64,000 nucleotides of DNA, taken from the NCBI GenBank assembly GCA_030295235.1, contig AP026157.1:372001-436000 (forward strand), given 5' to 3'. This stretch comes from Fistulifera solaris. Lineage: Eukaryota. The first letter of the stretch is position 1. Each line of letters opens with the position of its first letter. The notes under the pieces were generated by a model. It saw nothing but the letters and a program-made list of their open reading frames with translations, did not search any database and was not told the origin of the DNA. The translations under genes were made by a program, and so were the position numbers. This document shows, one piece after another, positions 34,793-47,403 of the stretch.

Positions 34793-35330
34793 TGTTTTCA
34801 CGTGACCCAAAAATTTGGGATTGTGTTGTTTTTACGTAGCCCGAAAATCTGGGAGAGTGCTGTTTTCACGTCCCCCGAAAGTCTGGGCATGTGCTGTTTT
34901 CACGTCCCCCGAAAATCTGGGCATGTCCTGTTTTCACGTGCCCCGAAAATCTGCGCATGTGCTGTTTTCACGTCCCCGAAAATCTGGGCGAGTGATGTTT
35001 TCACGTCCCCCGAAAATCTGGGGGAGTGTCGTTTTCACGTCCCCCGAAAATCTGCGCATGTGCTGTTTTGACGGTCCCAGAAAATCTGGGCGAGTGCTGT
35101 TTTCACGTCCCCCGAAAATCTGCGCTTGTGCTGTTTTGACGGACCCAGAAAATCTGGGGGAGTACTGTTTTGACGGACCCAGAAAATCTGGGCGAGTGCT
35201 GTTTTCACTGCCCCCGGAAATCTGGGGATGTGTCGTTTTCACGTCGCCCGAAAATCTTGGCAGTGCTGGCTTCACGTCCCCCGAAAATCTGGGCGTGTAA
35301 TATTTTCACATCTTCCAAAAAATCCGGGGT
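34793..35330. repeat. ~31-bp minisatellite, roughly 17 copies
   Basis: Consensus GTGCTGTTTTCACGTCCCCCGAAAATCTGGGC. Confidence 0.9.
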
Positions 35331-35809
35331 AGTGGTATTGTCGAACCGTTTGGTTCGTGTTTTACTCTTTTTCTTCTAATGAGCGCTCATCGGTTTGTAT
35401 CATGTTGCTCGAGATGAATCTCAATGATAATTGTCTTTTCATTGCTTGTTTCGTGTTATTGGAACAAGACAACTTCTTTATGCACAAGCTGAATACGAAG
35501 TATTCATATTATTTGCGTGGAATGGATTCAGTCATGAGTCATGTGTCATGTGTCATCTACCGTTGACACAATGACTATACTGTCAATCGCACTTGTATAA
35601 CAAAAAACGTGAAAACCAATTGTTTATAGGCTTTGCTGTAGGTTACTTTTTCCTATACGGGGCTAAAAAATTATCACGCGTGAGAGAGCGGAGAAAAAAC
35701 AGCCTCCGAGGCGACACATTCTGCTGCGCTCACGTCTTCTCGTTCTTTCACAACAACAAATAATGGCTTCTCATTCTCAATCTCCCGTCTTTTCCAAAAT
35801 GATGCAAAC

Positions 35810-37869
35810 ATGTTGACTTCTTCTTTGATTCTTTTGTGCTTCGTTTGCGTCCTTTTTCGTTCCTGTGACGCATTACCTGTGAAACAAGAAGATGCCGACC
35901 TTTCGAAAGAAGAGCACTGTCGCTTGTATTGCGAAGAATATAGCGCTATTTGTCCTCAAATCGATATCCAATCGAGAGCCCGCCGCAGTGAACAAGCCCA
36001 ATTGAGTCAGCCTCTTTCTTTGGAAAAGTGTGTAGCCGATTGTGTCAACAAAGCGAAATTCCGCTTCAACGGCACGCCGCAAGATTTCATGAATCGGAAT
36101 ACCATTCAATGTCGACGCAATCATTTGCATATGCAATTACAAGAACAGAATTTAGCCACCAGTGATCATTGTTTACACGCCATGTTTGCGGGAAAAGAAC
36201 GATGCAACTCCATTTTGCCTTCGACCGTGTATTATTACGGACTCATGCGTGTGGGGAAACTCTATTTTGAGGATCCGTATTATGAACCGAAAACAACACT
36301 GCTGTTGAGTTACGGATTAGGATTGTATTACGAAGGAGCGATGCGGGGTCGTTTGCAAACGCGGATGCCGTATTTTGAAGTGCCCCGTCAAGGTGTGACT
36401 TGTCCAGCAGCCGCAAGAAAGTATCGGAGTGCCGATGGAACCTGCAATCATGTCACAATGCCGCGGATGGGAGCCGTGAATACACCATTGATTTCGACAT
36501 TAGAACCATCACCACCTCGCACTCTACCTCCGGTGAAAGATGTGGCCGCCATACTGCGGCGGCCGGAGAATCCGTCGACGGTCGCACCGTTCAATCAAAT
36601 TGCCGTGGCGTGGATCCAAATGATGACACACGATTGGTTTCAACACGATCCTACGAATCCTGACAGTAAAATGAATCGCGTGACGCATTGGTGGGATGCG
36701 TCGCAATTGTACGGAAGTACGCTTACGCAACAAAGGGCCGTCCGCGTTCCCAACACGGGAAAGTTGCGGCTCGACAAACACCAGGAACTGAATTACACGA
36801 GCACCGGCATTCCCATTACTGGATTTGCGGACAACTGGTGGGCTGGTTTGCATATGATGCATACACTCTTTGTTCGAGAACACAATTGGTTGGCGGATCA
36901 ATTCGAACTTCAATATCCGGGAGTGTATACGGCCAACGACAAATTTCAATTGACACGGTTGTGTCTGTCGGCTCTTTGGCCAAAATTCATACCATCGAAT
37001 GGACCCCCACGTTGCTGGACAATCCCGTGGCAGCACTAGGACTGCATACCAACTGGCGGGGTGTCGATGCCATTTTGGAGTATGGGACACAATTTGAACT
37101 GCAATTGGCGTACCGGATTGTGGGGGGAGATCAATCGGTGCCGCATGCGGGAAATGGAACCACACGGGAGACTATGTACAATACGACCTTTGCCATGACG
37201 GAAGAGTTTGTTGCCGTGTATCGCATGCACCCTTTGCTTCCGGATGACATGGAGATTGAAGGAATAACTTTGACATTGAATGATCTATCGTTCGTGGATG
37301 CCCGCAAATTGACCAAATCCGTGAAAACAACACAAACACTGCTGCAGGCGTTTGGGACAACGCCGGCGAATACGCTGTCGCTACAAAATTATCCCCGTCA
37401 ATTGTATGGTTTGGAGAAGCCGGGAATGTCACAACCCATTAACTTGGCAGAAATCGATTTACAGCGCGATAGGGAACGAAATTTGCCGCGGTACAATGAC
37501 ATGCGCCGGCAGTTACTGCTGAAACCGTACAAGCGACTCGAGGATTTGACCGACGACGAAACAGAACTCAATTTATTGAAGAGTGTGTACCAGGATATCG
37601 ACCAAGTCGATTTGATGGTAGGGTGTCTCGTGGATAAAGATCGCCCGTACGGGTTTGCTTTTGGTATTGTCCCGTTTCACGTTTTTCTGGTGATGGCTTC
37701 GCGACGCATTCTGAACGATCGGTTTTTCATGGAAGACTTCAATGCAAAGGTGTATACGGACTTTGGATACAACTACGTACAGTCAGGGTCTCTGAAGCAA
37801 GTGATGGTTCGCCATTTTCCGGAATTAAATGATCAGATACCCGACAATCCATTCATGAATTGGACTTGA
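35810..37869 (+). CDS. Secreted haem peroxidase-cyclooxygenase superfamily enzyme, alpha-dioxygenase-like; frameshift near 36975
   Basis: YRSADGTCN, WIQMMTHDW, THWWDASQLYGS, FVREHN, AKIHTIEWTP, EEFVAVYRMHPLLPD, RDRERNLPRYNDMRR, MASRRILNDRF. Confidence 0.85.
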
Positions 37870-38613
37870 AAAATCTTTTAGCGTTAGTGATGAGAAGTCA
37901 AGAGTGTTTAAAGTGCGCGTCTCGTTATCGAGCTCGATGAAAAGAAATCCACCTGATGCTACTGAGGTTGGTTTCGCCCCGAATCGCAACCGCAATGCCT
38001 AAATCACTGCAGCTGAGAACGCGTTCTTAACACTCATGTGAAGATGGGATTCTCGATTCTCGGAGGCCAAAATGAATATACCTGGTATGAATGCCTAATA
38101 CCACCACCAGAAACGGACTTGTCTATTGATGGTGGAGCAGTCACCCGCCGAAATGCCGACATCAAGTTACTTTATAGGATTGCTAAGGCGTTGTGATCAT
38201 ACATCAGACAACGAACCCCATGTATTGACAGCATGAGTCGATGATGTGATCAAGCGTTGCTAGAAGCTAAGACATGATAATAGAAGCAACTAAAAGGGAT
38301 AATTATTAAGGAGTACTCCGTATCATTGATGGGGAGCCCCGTTTACATTTCAGTCTATAGTAATTTTGGGAAAACGTTTTGCAAGCCTTTTTTACATCAC
38401 GAGTCAATGCGAGCATTGAAATAATCAAGCCAAGCAGAATTCGCTAGTAGACAAAGAACTTAGTCAGAAACTTAGCTAGATTATTAAATCTCGAACGGAA
38501 ACATAACTTTGATTCATGACTGAAATTGAATTATGATGAAAACGGACACAAATAAGCGTTGAGTTATAGTGAGTTTCGACTAAATCGCTGCATTCATCTT
38601 TCACCCCAAGAGG

Positions 38614-41359
38614 TTCCAGAATTTCTGGAACAACCACAAAATCTCTGTTTGACCCCAAACTTCTGGAACGCCAAACGAATCTCTATTTGAGCGAAAACAC
38701 CGATTCCAGAATTTCTGGAACAGCCACAGAATCTCTGTTTGACCATAATCACCAAATCCAGAATTTCTGGAATTACCACAGAAGCTCTGTTTGACACAAA
38801 TAACCAATTCCAGAATTTCTGAAACTACCACAGAAGCTCTGTTTGACCCAAATCACAAATCACCAATTCCGGAATTTCTGGAACTACCACAGAAGCTCTG
38901 TTTGACAGAAATCATCAATTCCAGAATTTCTGGAACAACCACAGAATCTCGGTTGGACCGAAATCTACCGATTCAAGAATATCTGGAACTACCACAGAAT
39001 CTCTGTTTCTGTTTGACCCAAATGGTCAATTCCAGAATTTCTGGAACTACCACAGAAGCTCTGTTTGACGCAAATGGTCGATTCCATAATTTCTGGAACT
39101 ACCACAGAAGCTCTCTTGGACCGAAATCTACCGATTCCAGAATATCTGGAATTACCACAGAAGCTCTGTTGGACCTAATTCACCGATTCCAAAATATCTG
39201 AACAACCACAGAAGCTCTGTTTGACCCAAATCATCGATTCCAGAATATCTGGAACTACCCCAGAAGCTCTGTTTGACCGAAATCATCGAATTTAGAGTTT
39301 CTGGAATTACCACAGAAGCTCTTTTTGACCCAAATCACGTATCCAGAATATCTGGAACTACCACCGAATCTCTGTTGGACCGAAATCACTGATGATTCCA
39401 AGATATCTGGAACTACCACAGAAGCTCTGTTTGACCCAAATCACCAATTCCAGAATTTCTGGAACTACCACAGAAGCTCTGTTTGACCCAAATCACCAAT
39501 TCCAGAATTTCTGGAATTACCACAGAAGCTCTGTTTGACCATAATCACCTAATCCAGAATTTCTGGAATTACCACAGAAGCTCTGTTTGACCCAAATCAT
39601 CGATTCCAGAATTTCTGGAATTACCACAGAATCTCTGTTGGACCGAAATCACCGATTCCAGAATATCTGGAACTACCACAGAAGCTCTGTTTGACCGAAA
39701 TTGAATTTCTGGAATTACCATAGAAGCTCTGTTTGACACAAATAACCTATTCCAGAATTTCTGGAAATACCACAGAAGCTCTGTTTGACCCAAATCATCG
39801 ATTCCAGAATTTTTGGAATTACCACAGAATCTCTGTTGGACCGAAATCACCACTTCCAGAATTTCTGCAATTACCACAGAAGCTTTGTTTGACTCAAAAA
39901 TTACTTATTCTCTTCCAGAATTTCTGGAACTACCACAGAAGCTCTGTTTGACAGAAATCATCAATTCCAGAATTTCTGGAATTACCACAGAATCTCTGTT
40001 TGACCGAAATTAGCTATTCCAGAATATCTGGAACTACCACAGAAGCTCTGTTTGACCCAAATCACAAATCACCAATTCCGGAATTTCTGGAACTATCACA
40101 GAAGCTCTGTTTGACACAAATAACCTATTCCAGAATTTCTGGAAATACCACAGAAGCTCTGTTTGACCATAATCACCTAATCCAGAATTTCTGAAATTAC
40201 CACAGAAGCTCTGTTTGACCCAAATCATCGATTCCAGAATTTCTGCAATTACCACAGAAGCTTTGTTTGACTCAAAAATAACTTTTTCTCTTCCAGAATT
40301 TCTGGAACTACCACAGAAGCTCTGTTTGACAGAAATCAGCAATTCCAGAATTTCTGGAACTACCACAGAAGCTCTGTTTGACCCAAATCACAAATCACCA
40401 ATTCCGGAATTTCTGGAACTATCACAGAAGCTCTGTTTGACACAAATAACCTATTCCAGAATTTCTGGAAATACCACAGAAGCTCTGTTTGACCCAAATC
40501 ATCGATTCCAGAATTTCTGGAATTACCACAGAATCTCTGTTTGACCGAAATCACCGATTCCAGAATATCTGGAACTACCACAGAAGCTCTGTTCGACCCA
40601 AATTGAATTTCTGGAACTACCACAGAAGCTCTGTTGGACCGAAATCACCTCTTCCAGAATTTCTGAGATTACCACAGAAGCTCTGTTTGACTCAAAAATT
40701 ACTCATTCTCTTCCAGAATTTCTGAAATTACCACAGAAGCTCTGTTTGACCCAAATCACAAATCACCAATTCCGGAATTTCTGGAATTACCATAGAAGCT
40801 CTGTTTCACACAAATAACCTATTCCAGAATTTCTGGAAATACCACAGAAGCTCTGTTTGACCCAAATCATCGATTCCAGAATTTCTGGAATTACCACAGA
40901 ATCTCTGTTGGACCGAAATCACCTCTTCCAGAATTTCTGAAATTACCACAGAAGCTTTGTTTGACTCAAAAATTACTTATTCTCTTCCAGAATTTCTGGA
41001 ACTACCACAGAAGCTCTGTTTGACAGAAATCATCAATTCCAGAATTTCTGGAATTACCACAGAATCTCTGTTTGACCGAAATCACCGATTCCAGAATATC
41101 TGGAACTACCACAGAAGCTCTGTTTGACTCAAATCACAAATCACCAATTCCGGAATTTCTGGAACTATCACAGAAGCTCTGTTTGACACAAATAACCTAT
41201 TCCAGAATTTCTGGAAATACCACAGAAGCTCTGTTTGACCCAAATCATCGATTCCAGAATTTCTGGAATTACCACAGAATCTCTGTTGGACCGAAATCAC
41301 CTCTTCCAGAATTTCTGAAATTACCACAGAAGCTCTGTTTGACTCAAAAATTACTTATT
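38614..41359. repeat. ~52-bp satellite, about 50 monomers, with 6-7-mer higher-order repeat
   Basis: Constant TTCCAGAATTTCTGGAA(C/T)TACCACAGAAGCTCTGTTTGAC followed by a 12-19-nt variable linker. Confidence 0.95.
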
Positions 41360-41448
41360 GTTTCGCATCTTTTGGAACGATTAACCGCAGGTACTGTTGC
41401 AACAACAAAATCACTTTTTTTTCTTGTTTTTAGCAATTACATGGCATC

Positions 41449-42011
41449 ATGAACGATACGAAGGATGAAATACGACGGCAGATTTTCTTTGATCCGCCGA
41501 CCATCGAGGACGCCCTCAAAAATTATACGAGTTGGTTCGTAGCACAAAATCAAGCGGCTACCCTCGAGGTTCTTTCATTGACGCGGATGCTTTCCAAGTG
41601 CATCAATCAGCATACTTTGGATACGAACAATAGGCAGGAAATGATTCTCGCCTCTGTTTGGAATCCTGTGCAGCAAGATGAAAGTCGAAAGGTGACGCAA
41701 ACGTTCGGGCGAGTGGCTTTACAAGCCATTTGGAAGCACTTAAATCTTGTGTCATCGCGTAGAAAATCTGAAATAAACGCCGATCCCGAAGCAGACGACG
41801 AAGATCTTGCTGACTCCTTCTTCAACTTGTTTGAATCGGCGCTTTTGCTTCGCTAGAAGAGGATTCATTCGCTCGCTTAATATGGAATACCGATCGAGGC
41901 AAGGAAGAACTCACCCGACGAGCAGCTCAAAGAAGAGCGGATGCTGCGCAACGTGAGATCGTTAGAAAGGATGAGACTCAGCGACTCTCGCATATTGAGG
42001 AAATCGATTGA
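41449..42011 (+). CDS. Hypothetical protein, likely the 3' part of a gene; probable frameshift near 41845
   Basis: The 135-aa ORF continues in another frame as LEEDSFARLIWNTDRGKEELTRRAAQRR...IEEID*. It directly abuts the satellite. Confidence 0.4.
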
Positions 42012-42070
42012 AGACGTCGTATTTAGTTCATAAATTTCAAGTAATGATAGCTATTAAAGGCGCTTTCTGA

Positions 42071-44731
42071 TCATACTTCCGACACATCAACCTTCTTTTC
42101 GTCCGACAATCCTTGTGCATTTTTGCCCCGAGACCCTCCATTTTGCACATCCAAAAAAGCGAATCGTTCTCGTCGGATTCTACGCCAGTGTTTCTTGCTA
42201 GCTTTTATTTCTTTTTGACGCTTCTCTTCTTCTTCCCGTTCTTTCTTATTGGGATCTACAATCAAATTAAACGCCTCCTGCGGTGCACTCATGAGCGAGT
42301 CCCATAAACTCTGACTCGCCTGTGTCTTTTCTTGATTGCGAAGGAGTTCCGCGGCTTTCACTTTGATCATAATCTCATTGGCTTCGTTGTGTTTTCCTTG
42401 TGCCTTGAGTGACTGAGTCAAGTATTTGTACAAATTCACAGTTTCGTGATGATCGGGTCCAATGTCAGGAGATTCGATTCGCAATCGAATCAGATGCTTG
42501 AAAATAAGTTCCGCCCAAACATCCAGGCCGTGCTTTAGAAAGATACCGGCTTCGGCAAAATAATCCAGGATTTGCTTTTCGTGATACCACTCCAAATTGT
42601 CCAGCGGAGTGTTCGCCACCGCTTCTTCAGCCATGACTATCAGCTCCGCCATGGTCTTGCGGTCCAGTCCATCCAAGGCATCAAATGGATCGTCAAACGT
42701 ATCTGTCTTGTACTCCAAACAGTGGCGATAATGCCGGAAACCCTCGACGCCACAAACCGTCCACATGGGCCAGATGTGGACCTGAATTTCACAAATGTGT
42801 TCTTTAATCTCCACATTGATGATACAGTCACGGTATCCGCCCGGTTTGGCGTCGTAGGCGGATTTTAATGATGACATTTTGACACGGCGGATCCAAGGGC
42901 CAAACGAATCACGTGCCAGTTCGAGCAGTGCCAAGAAACTGGGAAAATCCTTCACAACCAACAAGGCTCGACAGTAATCCGTTACTTTTAATAAATCGCC
43001 CTTGTACTTTTTCTCCGCTTTTCGAATGGCAGCATCGGCTTCTTTGATTGGTCCTACACCCACTTCTTCCATGCCCAAATTACCCGCTAATGCTTTGCAG
43101 ATTTCCACCAAAGTTGGTAGCACGGTCTCCGCTTTTTTGATCATGGAACGAGCCAAATCTGGGCTAGTCATTGTTTCATATTCCGGCAGCTTCTTTTGTG
43201 TCACTTCTTTGTCATGTTTTTCGTAGCCAGCATCTCCTGGATCATTGAGGCCCATCATACTGTTCAAATATGGATACACCGGATCGAGTTGCAATCGACG
43301 AAAGACCTCATCATACTTGTTGCGATCACGTAGTAAGCTACAAACCATGCGATAAAAGTCCCAAGAGTCTTTAATGATAGCGCGGCGCTTGGCAATGGCC
43401 TCGAGAGCTTCATCGTCGTCTTCGCCAGCATAGGCCCCGGCATGAACTCGTTGCGTCGTGTAGTAAATACCACCCGCGCCGCCACCATGTTTCTTTCCAC
43501 CCGGTAGTGCCCCAGCGCGAATCAGATTGTGCGAGTAGCCTGCCAAATTAAGATACTGATCCTCAAACTCGTCTAGTTCGTCTTCATTCAGTTTTTCCTT
43601 CATCCATTGGTTCCGTGACTGCAATGATGAACAACACGATCCAAGTGCTTGTCAGCATAGTTCTCAGAGTAGAAAATGACTATTTCTCTCTTTGATTTCA
43701 CAATACGCACCTTCGAGTTTTTATTCCTGTTCTTGGCCAACATAAGGTTCATGGCTTCCCACCACGCGGTCGCCGTGCGTTGCTCGCACGCCACCAAAGT
43801 CCCTACGCGGCCGTCCTCACCCACCACTTCGAGACCACGACGCGAACGATCCGGACTCGGCCGCGCCTGCACAATGCGCAGTTCTCGGATCAATTGGGTA
43901 CGATCCGTGCGCGTATGAGGTTCCGACATGAGACTGAGTTGCTGCGTCGATGTATCCAGACGATAAATGAGAATGCCTTCGGGGACACGATTGTACCGAT
44001 TCTTTTCCGATACTCTTTTTCTTTTGTCGAATCTTTTCTCGTTTTGTTTTAGCGTGTTCCTGGCGTGCCTTTTCGGCCGCCGCTTTTTGTGCGCGATACT
44101 CGATCATGGGATCGCTTGTCGTGACGGCTCCAGTGTCAGACTGCTTTCCGCAGCAGAACCACCCTTTCTTTGTTTGGGGCGCATCGACTTGTACAACGGC
44201 GGAAGGATTGGGACGTTCCGGCGGCGTCATGCGTGCACGCATCGTGTCGGTCGTTTTAATGCTGGAATCGTCCAGAAATTCATTCAAAAGGGCCACTGAC
44301 GCTTGTAATTCGATAGCATTCTGACCTTCGCCGTCTTTGGGAGGCCATGAATAAGCAGGATCGACAAAAGCCGCCTCGAGAATGGTTCCTGACGGGAAAG
44401 TGAGCGACAGAGAAGTCTCATCGGCGGCACTCTGTCGTTTTTGACCGTCCAAAACGGGTGGCGGATTGTTTCTGGTGCTTTTGGCGCTCGTTATTCTACT
44501 GGAAGTTCTCTCCAATAGATTGCTTTCTACGACCGAAATTTCATCTGCACTTTTCGTACACTCGTCATTATCTTGAGATGCAACTTGAAACACGCGAACT
44601 TGATCTGGCTCTACTTGCTGAATTTCTTCTTCGTCGTCCGACGCATCGTCGACCGATTCCTTGACAATCTTGGTCGATTTTCCGAGAAATAATTCCGTCA
44701 CCGAATCGAAAATGGAAGGTTCCGCAGCCAT
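42071..44731 (-). CDS. Multidomain protein: acidic N-terminus, PH-like domain, RelA/SpoT-like nucleotidyltransferase, TPR-like helix pair; frameshifts near 44010 and 43620
   Basis: Three overlapping same-strand ORFs (43817-44731, 43600-43929, 42071-43624). GPIK...KY..D...VTDYCRA...RVK...GGYRD..IN....CEIQVH and GPDHHET. Confidence 0.65.
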
Positions 44732-46881
44732 CGTTTGTGTCGCTGAATTGAGTGTAAAGTAAGTGAAAGCTAAAAGAACGTATTAGCGTTGCCGCACAAC
44801 CAAATGCGGAAAGCATCCATGAAGCGCAATAGGCCGATGAATGAATTGAAAAGATAGGGGCAGTCTATGTATCCGTTGGCCTTGCTAAGTAATCTCGATT
44901 ACATAGTAAAGCATTGGACGTTCAACGGTTTGTCACTTGTAAGTGAATGATGGAGTGAAGTGCCGCATGACAAAAAATACTAAGTATAAAATTAGTCACG
45001 AGTACGATTGTCGCAGCATCAATGCATTTGTCCAATGTGTTGCCGAAAATTTAGTGTGACTGAAAATCAGTCAAGGGGTTGAAAATTTAGGTTAAACATT
45101 TTCTCTCTCAATTACGCTAACAAAAAGGCCGTTTGATACTGTTTGTCATTCGTCGATCAACAAATATAGCGTACCTCACGGTCGACTCAAATATTATAAG
45201 CAACTTTGTTCCGAAAAAAAGCAATTGACGCTCACGAAATTATTAGATGTAAAGGCCCGACCTAGAATTCTAAGTTACTCTGCAATGCACGATCTACCAT
45301 TCGATGTTTGCGTCAACAATCCGAACCTGATATCATTTTTCATGTGGTCTTGGGGAGCACTGTTTGACGTCTTACTCCTGCCAAGAGGCTCCTGCGCTTG
45401 TATGCAAGGATCAAGCATCAAACACCGAGCTCTATGCAAACTAAAGAATAAGAGATTTATTAGGCTATTGATTACGGAGTCACGTATTTATCTTGTTAGT
45501 TTATCGTTTATAACACATCTTAGTCGTAGAGTGAAACGGAAAATGAAGAGGAAAATGAACGGGGCCTAAAACTAAAACACAACGTGACACGTTACTCATG
45601 TTTGAAATATTGCGGTGCTTATCTCGTACCACCTAAGATTTTCGCCCTTCTCGAATACTCCGTACTTCGTAATGAACAATGAACACCGACCGCGCTGTTC
45701 GCTCTTCCAAGAGAAAACCATCATGGTCACGATGTCGCGAAGATGATGATTTTTGATTCGCGGAAATAAGATGCGACAGAGACACGATCTGGAGTCTTTC
45801 TTGAATGCACTACACTTTCATGTCGAATCACTCGGAAGCCCGAAACCTCTAGAATCGGAAGCCAAGGTTTCATTCGTTTGTCTTTTGTTATGCTTCGCAG
45901 TCCCGCGTATAACTCGCCTTAAGAGATCGCATTTCGTGTGTCTCAGGTCCCAGGGAGGAATAGAGGGTTTGTTTCTTGCCCACGCAGTCTGTGAACAAAA
46001 TGTACATTCTACACCTCACCGAGGCTTGCACCGAGGTTCCGCTTCCGCAGACGTCTTCGCAGAAAGACTCCAAGCGGCACGACTGCAATTCACAAGATGC
46101 ATAAATGCATAAATAAAAAACGGCAGGCAATAGGCAATTAAAAATTTATGGTTTTAATCCCTCTTAGTTATGAGTTATGCAAATAAGGAGGGCCAAGACT
46201 ACGGGTGATCTTGTACAATATGCTTGAACATATCATGTGAATGTCGTGTTCCTCAAAACTAAGTCCGCACTCCGCAAAACGAAAGAAATGCCAGGTCCCA
46301 CTGGATGGTCGAAATCGACAGAATACGGAATATAATAAGTTCTCATCCAGCTTCAGTAGAGAAAGGAGAAGAAGGAATTTATCGGCGATCTCCGCGTTCA
46401 CCGATCACTGTATTCAGTATTCACTCTTCTGATCGTCAAAGCGGCCACTCTACTTTTCTCTATTGTTAAAAAATGGAAGCACCTGCGTTATGCGCTGGAC
46501 TCACGATGTGTCTTGTCTACGTCGCTTGCCGTATTTGGAATCGTAGAATAACTAGCAACAACACTTGATAGTTTTAGTTATTTCTAAACTTCAGTTAGTC
46601 CGATCTCCCGTGTAGAAACATTATTGAAGTTTAGGGAAACCTGTCTTTCAGTGTCTCACTTTCCGGACCAAAAGACTAAGCCCTTTCTTCTACTGGATTC
46701 GGTTTTGGTGTTTTTGCGTTTCTGCACAGTTGACTCTTTCTGCTTCTCTACAACGACATTCCCACACGAATTCAACCAACTTTTTTCACCCGAAACATCA
46801 CACAAAATACAAAAAATTATCAACGACTCCATTCATTTCCTTTTTTCATCAGCATACCGAAGCAAGTTGCTACAATTCAAC

Positions 46882-47403
46882 ATGACATCCTTCCTCTACT
46901 CATCACACGAAGATCAAGAAGTCGGATCCTTCTTCTGTCAAGCTCCTCCGGAGAAGATTGAAAGCACACGAAAGCTCAACGGTGATTCTTTCCCTCGTAG
47001 ACCCGTGACGATGAGCAAGCTGGATTCTCTCACCAAGCCACCAAGATGTCAGACTCCTCGACTGCTGATAACGCCTTACAGTGACGATGTCTTTGACGAT
47101 GAGAACGATGATAACATTTCTACAGAAATTACCGAACCGGAAGCAACACCGTGGCTGTTTCGACCGATCGCCCCACCCGATGACTCGGCGGAGTACGATC
47201 TCAACGAGCACGATACATTTCAGCACGTTGAAGAAGAAGACGAGATGTGGGATGCGTTTTTGACCGGAATACCTATGGAAATTGAAGTTGATCCAAGGTA
47301 TTGTATCGAAGAGGTGGACGAACAAGATAATCTCGATCGAATGCTGATTGCACTGCACGCACAAAGTCAGCAGCTGATAGATATGCCTAGGCGAAAATAT
47401 TAG
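46882..47403 (+). CDS. Hypothetical acidic protein
   Basis: ATG at 46882 after a CA-rich leader. The IPMEIEV motif lies in an acidic disordered ORF. Confidence 0.5.
   Translation: MTSFLYSSHEDQEVGSFFCQAPPEKIESTRKLNGDSFPRRPVTMSKLDSLTKPPRCQTPRLLITPYSDDVFDDENDDNISTEITEPEATPWLFRPIAPPDDSAEYDLNEHDTFQHVEEEDEMWDAFLTGIPMEIEVDPRYCIEEVDEQDNLDRMLIALHAQSQQLIDMPRRKY

Noticed and set aside
34514..35379. ORFs across the 31-bp minisatellite
   Set aside because: They are a by-product of a stop-poor repeat that is open in several frames.
38614..41359. CRISPR array
   Set aside because: The linkers are only 12-19 nt, mutually similar and recur in periodic order. No cas genes are present and the context is eukaryotic.
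38476..41452. Repetitive ORFs (SRISGTTTEALFD...) as a repeat protein
   Set aside because: Unit lengths are not consistently multiples of three, frames switch and stop frequently, and similar ORFs appear on both strands.
45753..46432. Short ORFs as genes
   Set aside because: No recognisable motifs or consistent exon structure.
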